Under the pieces are notes generated by a model that was not told the DNA's origin, did no database searches, and saw nothing but the letters and a program-made list of their open reading frames with translations. A stretch of 64,000 nt of DNA from positions 1,984,001 to 2,048,000 of the forward strand of contig OZ241362.1 in the NCBI GenBank assembly GCA_965200315.1, written 5' to 3'. Source of the stretch: Candidatus Latescibacterota bacterium (GTDB lineage Bacteria; Latescibacterota; UBA2968; UBA8231). Position numbers and translations under genes: made by a program. This document shows, one piece after another, positions 57,335 through 64,000 of this stretch. How positions within the stretch are numbered: the stretch's first letter is position 1; each line of letters opens with the position of its first letter.

Positions 57335-58174
57335 ATGATGACGCCCGACCAACGCTATTTTTTCGATTTGACCGGCTACCTCCACTTGCGCAACGTGCTC
57401 AGCCCAGAGGAGCTCGCGCCCGCGCAAGCAGCAGCCGACCGCTACATCAACATGCCGCCCGAAGAGTGGCCGCCCGAATTCGGCGCGAATCTCGAGCGCC
57501 GCGACATCACCGGCTATCAGCACGGCTTTGCCTTTGACAAAAGCCTCGAAGTGCTCACCCGGCATCCTACTACTTGGCCGATCCTCATGGAACTCACCGA
57601 CCGCCGGCCGCGCCTCACCGGCGGCACCCTCGGCTATAACCGCCACGGCCACGGCTTCCACTACCTGCACGCCGGGTGGCAGCCGTCCAAACGGCCCGAT
57701 GTGCGGCGCTATTACCTCGAAGACGGCCAAGTCCGCTGCACAGACTTTATTTTCTTTTTTTATTTGAGCGATGTCTTCCCCGGCGACGGCGGCCTCATCG
57801 TCTTGCCCGGCTCGCACAAGGCCCATTTCGACCGGCCCCGAGGGATGTTTTATCTAGACTCCAAAGACGACGAGGACAGGGCCTACGTCGCCCACACCGT
57901 GCCCCCGGGCGTCCACAATGTCTGCGCCCGCGCCGGCGATGTGGTCATCATGCCCGAGCACCTCACGCACGGCGCGCTCACTTGGCGGCCCCGCGACCGC
58001 GACCGCCGCTTCCTGATCCTGCGCTACAACGTCCAGCACATGCTCACTGGCCAGCGCCGCCCTTTTCCAGACGCCATTCGCCAGCGGCTCGACCCCGAGA
58101 CGATTGACCTGATCGAATTGGCTCCGTACTACGAACACAAAGCCCTCGTCAAAAAGCGCGAAAACATCGCCTAA
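57335..58174 (+). CDS. phytanoyl-CoA dioxygenase (PhyH) family protein
   Basis: YFFDLTGYL, LHAG, DGGLIVLPGSHK, LTHG...W. Confidence 0.85.
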   Translation: MMTPDQRYFFDLTGYLHLRNVLSPEELAPAQAAADRYINMPPEEWPPEFGANLERRDITGYQHGFAFDKSLEVLTRHPTTWPILMELTDRRPRLTGGTLGYNRHGHGFHYLHAGWQPSKRPDVRRYYLEDGQVRCTDFIFFFYLSDVFPGDGGLIVLPGSHKAHFDRPRGMFYLDSKDDEDRAYVAHTVPPGVHNVCARAGDVVIMPEHLTHGALTWRPRDRDRRFLILRYNVQHMLTGQRRPFPDAIRQRLDPETIDLIELAPYYEHKALVKKRENIA

Positions 58175-58179
58175 ATTCC

Positions 58180-58947
58180 ATGACATCACAGCAAAACAGC
58201 AGACAGTTGAGCTTCCGCGCCCGCGTCCCAGTCTTCGACGCCAACATCGGCGTTGGCCACTGCCACGACCGGCCCTCACCGTTTGCCGATGTGGCCGGCC
58301 TGCGGGCGGAGATGCAGCGCCACGGCGTGGAGCGCGGCCTGATCTACCACCTCCAAGGCGAAACCCTCAGCGCGATTGAGGGCAACGAGGCCCTGCGCGC
58401 TTGGCGTGGCGACGGACTCGTCCCCCAATGGGTCGCCGGGCCGAGTGCGGACTCGTTGGCGCAACTGCGCGCGCTTCACGCCGCCGGCGAGGTCTCTAGC
58501 GTCCGCCTGCACAATACCGAGGCGAGCCGCGTCCCCTTTGCCGACTGGATCTACGGCGAGTTGCTCGCTTGGCTGGCAGCCGAGCGCATCCCCCTGTGGA
58601 TTTCGCTGGCCGACACGCCGGTTGCCGAAGTCATGGAGACGCTGCGCCGCTTCCCGGATGTACAGGCCGTGCTCCTCGGTGCACACTACGTGCATTCCCT
58701 CGCCTTGCGCCCCCTGCTCAGGGCACTGCCCCAAGCGGCAATGGAGCTGAGCCGCTTTGAGAATCTGGGCGGCATCGAGGCGCTGATCGGCGAATTTGGC
58801 GTGGAGCGCTTCCTCTATGGGTCGTACTATCCGCGCTACGCCATGGGGCCGATGCTCTTTTACCTGCACCACTTGGCCATTGACGACGACGCGCTCGCGG
58901 CTTTGGCTGCGGGCAATCTAGAGCGCATTCTCGGAGGAGCCGCGTGA
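58180..58947 (+). CDS. amidohydrolase-fold protein, degenerate metal site
   Basis: FDANIGVG in place of DxHxH; FLYGSYYP; AAGNLERIL. Confidence 0.7.
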   Translation: MTSQQNSRQLSFRARVPVFDANIGVGHCHDRPSPFADVAGLRAEMQRHGVERGLIYHLQGETLSAIEGNEALRAWRGDGLVPQWVAGPSADSLAQLRALHAAGEVSSVRLHNTEASRVPFADWIYGELLAWLAAERIPLWISLADTPVAEVMETLRRFPDVQAVLLGAHYVHSLALRPLLRALPQAAMELSRFENLGGIEALIGEFGVERFLYGSYYPRYAMGPMLFYLHHLAIDDDALAALAAGNLERILGGAA

Positions 58948-59678
58948 TTATCGACTTTCACGGCCATGTAGGCCGTTGGGACTCCCTCGACATGGTCGAC
59001 GACCCGGGCGAGATGCTGCGCACCATGGATGCGGTGGGGATCGACAAAAGCTGCGTCTTCAACATCTTCCATCCCGAGGGCAAGCCCGGCAACGACCAGA
59101 CGGCGGCTTTTGTCGCCCGCCATCCCGATCGCTTTATTGGCTTTGCTTACGTGTGCCCCACCTGCCCCGACACCGTGCAGCCCGAGCTAAAAAGAGCCAT
59201 CGACGAACTCGGGTTCCGGGCGATCAAAATATACCCGCCCTATACGCCCTTTCCGCTCGACGATCCGGCTTGGGATCCAATCTACGGCTTTGCCGCGGAG
59301 CGCGGCCTCGCGGTCTTGGCGCACACCGGCGGCGAGCCAACGGCCGCGCCCGCCCAGTTTGGCCGCGCAGCCGAGCGCTTCCCCCACGCCCGCTTCGTCG
59401 CCGGCCATTCCGGCAACATCGAGCCGTATCGCAGCCAAGCCATTGCCGCGGCCCAGTGCTTGCCCAACTACTTCCTCGAAACTTGTTCGACCTTCCGCAC
59501 CCCAGGCGTCATCGAAGAGCTGGTGGCCAAGGCCGGGGCCGACCGCGTACTCTTCGGCTCGGATATGCCCCTGATGGACCCCCGCCCACAGCTTGGCAAG
59601 ATCATCACCGCGGCCATTGACGACGACGCCAAGCGCCTCATCCTCGGCGAAAACGCCCGCGGCCTGCTCGGGCTGTAA
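58944..59678 (+). CDS. amidohydrolase 2 family protein
   Basis: IIDFHGH, LAHTG, AGHSG, LFGSDMP, LGENA. Confidence 0.88.
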   Translation: MIIDFHGHVGRWDSLDMVDDPGEMLRTMDAVGIDKSCVFNIFHPEGKPGNDQTAAFVARHPDRFIGFAYVCPTCPDTVQPELKRAIDELGFRAIKIYPPYTPFPLDDPAWDPIYGFAAERGLAVLAHTGGEPTAAPAQFGRAAERFPHARFVAGHSGNIEPYRSQAIAAAQCLPNYFLETCSTFRTPGVIEELVAKAGADRVLFGSDMPLMDPRPQLGKIITAAIDDDAKRLILGENARGLLGL

Positions 59679-59682
59679 GACG

Positions 59683-59720
59683 CAAAAAGCCCGCCGGCCA
59701 CAAGGGCCAGCGGGCTTTGC
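59683..59720. terminator. intrinsic terminator between convergent genes
   Basis: AAAGCCCGCCGGCC-loop-GGCCAGCGGGCTTT stem with A/T tails. Confidence 0.7.
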
Positions 59721-59740
59721 AAAGGGTGTGAAACCAGATA

Positions 59741-60673
59741 TTACTGCTGGTACTGGTACTTAATCCGGCCCCAACTCTGCTCCTCGACCGCAGTCGGCTC
59801 GCCCCAATCAATGGTGTCGTCCATGGGGGAGATGAGCAGGTCCTGCGAAGAGTGACAACAGTTCGTCGGGGTCGTCGCCCACATGCCAACGCGGTTGTCG
59901 GCATCGCCGGCGCTGTCGTCCACGTCGCTGACAAAAATCGAAAAGCCGATCACCTCGCCCGCAGTCAGGTCGTGCTCAATCACCTGATCTTCCGTGATGT
60001 TCTCGTCGGTGGGCTTGGGATACGAATCAATGGCGATCGTGCGGAACTCGTAGATATACGTGCTCTCGCCGTACTCCTCGCCCTCGAAGCTATAGGTGCA
60101 GTAGTACCAACGGCTGCCGTTGGACAACAGCGTCGGGTTCTCGACATCGCTGCTACTGACCGCAGCCGTTTGCAGGGCCGGGCCGAAATTGCCGTTGAGC
60201 GCCGGAAACGCGAATGAGTACTTGTGGTGAGTCACCACGTCTTCGGGCTTGGGCAAGTAGTCGTGCCGCGGGTTGAACTCGATCTCAATGCTGTCGTCCC
60301 ACCAATAGGAACCCAAGTCTTGGCGGGTGATCGTGTGCTTGTTGTCGAACACTTTCGTCGTCACGTAGATTTCGTTACGCGAGTCGTTCCAACCCAAAAT
60401 GTGGCGAATCTGCATCGAAGCCGGATCCATGCCGCCGCGCGGCACATCGTCGCCAGCAAAGCCGTGTACCGAAAAGAGCTTCGCACTCGGAATGGCGTAC
60501 ACTTCGAGCGGCACAGCCGACCAATCGTCGTCAAATCCGTCGATATTCGGCACATTCGCATCGGGGAACTGCACGGCGAGGAAGACCTCGCCCGGGGGTT
60601 CGTGCGCCCCGGCGGCTAGCGCAAAAGCCAATAGCGCGATTGACGTCAGACCACAGGTAAAAAGACGCTTCAT
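59741..60673 (-). CDS. secreted CBM9/DOMON-like protein with C-terminal TAVE-x-x-SWG-R-IK tail
   Basis: signal peptide; PNIDGFDDDW, DSIEI, YIYEF, IGFSI; ends PTAVEEQSWGRIKYQYQQ. Confidence 0.7.
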   Translation of the reverse strand: MKRLFTCGLTSIALLAFALAAGAHEPPGEVFLAVQFPDANVPNIDGFDDDWSAVPLEVYAIPSAKLFSVHGFAGDDVPRGGMDPASMQIRHILGWNDSRNEIYVTTKVFDNKHTITRQDLGSYWWDDSIEIEFNPRHDYLPKPEDVVTHHKYSFAFPALNGNFGPALQTAAVSSSDVENPTLLSNGSRWYYCTYSFEGEEYGESTYIYEFRTIAIDSYPKPTDENITEDQVIEHDLTAGEVIGFSIFVSDVDDSAGDADNRVGMWATTPTNCCHSSQDLLISPMDDTIDWGEPTAVEEQSWGRIKYQYQQ

Positions 60674-60766
60674 AGCTACCTCCTTGGGGGTAAGTGGGCG
60701 GTAAAAAACTAAATCACAACTGAACCACTAATCTGCAAATGTAGGCAAATGACTCGCCAAATACAA

Positions 60767-63451
60767 CTATTGCAAGCCAGCGTATAGCGTGACAAAAGTC
60801 TCGGTCGTCGTTGCAGGCTCGGCCTCTGCAAACGCCTTGCGCTCTACCACAAAACCGGCCAACGCCTGAATCCGGTAGCCCAAATAGGCCGACTCAGTAG
60901 CCAATTGCAAGGCCCAGCTCAGGGAGTCGAAATCCTCCGCATCGCGGTCGAAGTCGTTGAACAGCGCGTACTCGACCCCGGCTTGGAGCCGCGTGGCCTG
61001 CAAGAGCTGCGTGTCCAAAAGCAGCGAAAACAGCTCCATCAGCGTCGTGCGCTCCTCTTGGTCAAATAGCGACCGGCTCTGCTGGCGCCACTCGCTCTTC
61101 CAGCGCGGCGATAGGGTCAGCCCGCGCCAAGTGCGGCGATAGCTAACCTTGTTGATTAAACCAAAGAAAAAATCCGACGCATCGCGCTGCCGCTGCGCGA
61201 AGAAAACTCCGTTCAGCTTGCTCATCACCAGCAGCGCGTCGCTGGTCAGGCTGTGGCCGACGAATAGCTGGTGAACCCAAGCATCGCGCGCCAACAGCGG
61301 ATCGGCGATGTGTACCAGCTTGCCGCCGCGCAGCGTGTTGTCTGGCTGCCACTGCAAAATTGGATCGGGAATGTCGTCTTGCACCAACTGGCTCATCTCA
61401 AAGAGCCGCACCCGACCCACCCGCGGCCAAGCCCGCTCGTACCCTAGCTGCAAATACGTGCTGTGGTTTTTGCGGTCCGCCGAAATCTGCTCCTCGCGCA
61501 AGGTGCCCACCTTGAGCTGCCAGTGCCGATTCAGGCTGATGCCCCCATAGACGTTGAAACCTTGTTGATCGCGGCGGTAGGGGTAGTCCGGCTCGGTGTC
61601 GTTTTCGTATAAATCGACCCAGAAGTTGTGGTTCATATCGACGCCGAAGAGGAACTCTGGCCGATCGACCAAGAAGCGGAGGAACGGCTCCTCGTAATCT
61701 GGAACGGCGTTGGCCTTGACTCGATTGTCGTTTTGGTTGAAATCGGGCACCAAGTCGTTGTTGAGGTCCCAGCCGGGAAAGACCAAACGGTCGTCGACCA
61801 AAAAGTCCGCGCGAAACCCGTCTGGAAAGCGGTCTTGATCGTCGTTGTCTTCCACTAAGTCAAAGCGGTTGCCCTGCCGGGCGTAATCGAGGCCCGAGGA
61901 GGTGGTGACAAAGGACTGGGTGTTGTAGCGCGGATCAATCGAATACACTTCCCCAAACAGCGACAGCCGCCCCAAGTGCTTGCTCAGATTCGCCATCCAC
62001 GCCGGCGCGCTGGGCCGGCCGCCAATGCCCGCGGAGGAAGTGTGCGTCTCCGAGGCAACATTGGGATACTTGCGAAAGCTCCAGCTTAAGTCGTATTCGC
62101 CATACAGATCGAAGCCGAGCACGTCTTCCACCTTGAGGGTGGCCCCGGCAACGGTCGTAGCCGTCGGCAGCCCGTAGGCAAAGCGGACCGTGCGCAGATT
62201 AGATATGTCCTGCACATTGCCCTCGGCCTGCGCCACCAGCAAAAAGACCGGGTCATCCACGTCCGCCCCGAATACGTCGCCCAAGCTGATGGAGCGCTCG
62301 CCCGTCCAACTAAACGAACTCGATGGCCGACCGACCGTTACAAAGCCGCCGCCCTCTCCCAACTGCTGGTCCGAGCTCATCCAGAGCTGGTAGTCGTTGG
62401 CCAGCACGAGGCGAAATTCCACTGCCGCGATTTCGGATTTATCGGCCGAGGCGCGGTTGACAAACGACGCGCTGTCGAAGTCGTAGAGCAAGCTGATTTG
62501 CCCGTCACCATCGGCGGTGAGAAACCCCTGCCGCTCCAAGCCGCCGCTGATCACCGGGCCAAAGCGAATGTCGCGGCCCGACTCCACAGTGCCGTCGCGG
62601 TAGGTGATAATCACGTCCGAGGCATCTGGGAAGAACGCGGCACCGCCAGTGCCGTCTTCCGGCGAGTCGTCGCGCAAGGCGATCGCAATCTGGGAGACGG
62701 TTGCGTTCTGCTGCTTGTTCAGCCCGCCTTTGTACAGGGTTTCTATTAGCTGATCCGACTCGCTGTTGGTCTGGTGGGCATTGACCGCGTGCAGGCCCAA
62801 CTCCACGAAATCCCCCAACTGGGCCGTGAATCGCCCTCCCACGAGGGAAGTCGCGTCCGTGAAGCGGCTCTCCTCCTCCTGCAAACCGCGCGGGCCGGTG
62901 ATCAGCGAGTGGAGAAAGGTCAACTGGTATTTGTCGGTGGCGAGGTCAATCTGCAAGCCGTTCAGGCGCGGCTTGGAAAACGACAGCGGCGTCAAGGTCG
63001 TCCGCAGGTTGTTGCTCACTGTCAGCGCGTAGTGATGTTGACCTTTGTGATCGCCGGCGATGACCAGTTCGTTGAACCACCGCGCAAACCGCTCGGTCTT
63101 GAACAGGGAGCTACCGGCTTCCTCGGGCCGCCGCTGCGCTGTGTTGAAGATCAACCATCCCTGCGCCAAGTAGTTCCCGTACAGATCGTAGAAGTAATCG
63201 CCCTCCAAGTCGATGTTCACGTAGCGCTGATACGGCAGCCGCGCACGGTTGGTGTACTCCCACTGCCGCCACGGGTATTCGGCGAACATCACCTGCGGCA
63301 CGTACCAGCGCCGCATGGCCGGGTCGAGCGCGTCGAGGTACACCTCCGGGCTTTGCGCTACTTCCTGTTGCCATCCGTAGGCCCCGTCGGCAAGGGCGAG
63401 AGCGAACCATGTAGCACAAAGGAGGGCAAGCTGTTTTGTCGGGCCGCTCAT
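60767..63451 (-). CDS. large secreted, putative outer-membrane beta-barrel protein, paralog of 8321..10966
   Basis: shared WYxPQ, YDxYGNY, RTTLTPLxFSKP, DDSPEDG, LANDY, YGLPT, PDYEEPFLRF, EFLFGxDMN, YLGY, YAGL motifs. Confidence 0.65.
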   Translation of the reverse strand: MSGPTKQLALLCATWFALALADGAYGWQQEVAQSPEVYLDALDPAMRRWYVPQVMFAEYPWRQWEYTNRARLPYQRYVNIDLEGDYFYDLYGNYLAQGWLIFNTAQRRPEEAGSSLFKTERFARWFNELVIAGDHKGQHHYALTVSNNLRTTLTPLSFSKPRLNGLQIDLATDKYQLTFLHSLITGPRGLQEEESRFTDATSLVGGRFTAQLGDFVELGLHAVNAHQTNSESDQLIETLYKGGLNKQQNATVSQIAIALRDDSPEDGTGGAAFFPDASDVIITYRDGTVESGRDIRFGPVISGGLERQGFLTADGDGQISLLYDFDSASFVNRASADKSEIAAVEFRLVLANDYQLWMSSDQQLGEGGGFVTVGRPSSSFSWTGERSISLGDVFGADVDDPVFLLVAQAEGNVQDISNLRTVRFAYGLPTATTVAGATLKVEDVLGFDLYGEYDLSWSFRKYPNVASETHTSSAGIGGRPSAPAWMANLSKHLGRLSLFGEVYSIDPRYNTQSFVTTSSGLDYARQGNRFDLVEDNDDQDRFPDGFRADFLVDDRLVFPGWDLNNDLVPDFNQNDNRVKANAVPDYEEPFLRFLVDRPEFLFGVDMNHNFWVDLYENDTEPDYPYRRDQQGFNVYGGISLNRHWQLKVGTLREEQISADRKNHSTYLQLGYERAWPRVGRVRLFEMSQLVQDDIPDPILQWQPDNTLRGGKLVHIADPLLARDAWVHQLFVGHSLTSDALLVMSKLNGVFFAQRQRDASDFFFGLINKVSYRRTWRGLTLSPRWKSEWRQQSRSLFDQEERTTLMELFSLLLDTQLLQATRLQAGVEYALFNDFDRDAEDFDSLSWALQLATESAYLGYRIQALAGFVVERKAFAEAEPATTTETFVTLYAGLQ

Positions 63452-63464
63452 TCAAACTGTAGCC

Positions 63465-64000
63465 TTAGAATTGGTACGAGTAGTACAGGGCTATGCCGCG
63501 CTCTTGGGCGTGGGCTGCAACATCGGGCGATGAAGTCATGTGGGTGACCAAAACGGGGAATACCTCCTCAAACAGCGGCTCTAGGCGAGCGAGTCTGTGA
63601 CTGATAAAATGGTCGATGTTCTTAGCGGACAACTGGCTCTTGCTTTCGCCAATTACGACCACCTCGCGCCCGTTCCTGCGCCCTCGGCCGAAGATGTTGA
63701 CCTCAACGGGATATCCTCTGTCGGTTGTGAGGTACGTGCGGATGAGCCGGTCCTCCAACTCAATACCATGATCGGCCCCTAGCAGCGCCGGCAAGGCGCG
63801 GTAGGCCTCATTTTCGATGATGTAACCCACGGTATGAGAGAGGCCGCCGAGCTGTCTGCGCGTTTCGGCGTGTGCCTCTGTCAGCTTTTCGAGTGCCTCT
63901 TGGGTCCGCGCTTGGGCTTCGGCCAGGCGGTCGAGAGTGGCTTCCACTCTATCCAGCCGCCCTTCGGATCGCGCTTGGGCTTCGACCAGGCGGTCCAGAG
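63465..64000 (-). CDS. coiled-coil repeat protein with PD-(D/E)XK-like C-terminal domain (5' end outside window)
   Basis: LDRLxEAQAR repeats; LGGLSHTVGY..ENEA; EVNI...IGESK. Confidence 0.7.
   Translation of the reverse strand, partial: LDRLVEAQARSEGRLDRVEATLDRLAEAQARTQEALEKLTEAHAETRRQLGGLSHTVGYIIENEAYRALPALLGADHGIELEDRLIRTYLTTDRGYPVEVNIFGRGRRNGREVVVIGESKSQLSAKNIDHFISHRLARLEPLFEEVFPVLVTHMTSSPDVAAHAQERGIALYYSYQF

Overview
GC-rich bacterial window. Gene content (FlgD-tailed and 'TAVE..WG.IK'-tailed secreted proteins, CRTAC1/TPR pair, many amidohydrolases and Gfo/Idh/MocA enzymes) suggests a Latescibacterota/Gemmatimonadota-like metagenomic genome; this is inference. Main blocks: (1) 0.16-12.3 kb, an uncharacterised cell-surface gene cluster (CBM9-like secreted protein, lipoprotein, three paralogous proteins all ending in FlgD-like ...VAY, a ~890-aa putative outer-membrane protein, a PpiC foldase), with a second partial copy at 59.7-63.5 kb. 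(2) hicAB, CRTAC1/TPR, a Tat-exported PLP enzyme, a glycosylasparaginase and a secreted RidA. (3) 19.6-31.1 kb, a type I restriction-modification operon carrying passenger genes, most notably a low-GC TIR + TIR + small membrane protein cassette that looks like a Thoeris-like defence system without a canonical ThsA. (4) Catabolic and transport genes interspersed with intact and decayed toxin-antitoxin modules, an IS1-like element apparently carrying passenger genes, and several MITE/REP families, one inserted in frame in a gene. No rRNA, tRNA or CRISPR array was seen. All family assignments come from motif recognition by eye, with no database searches.
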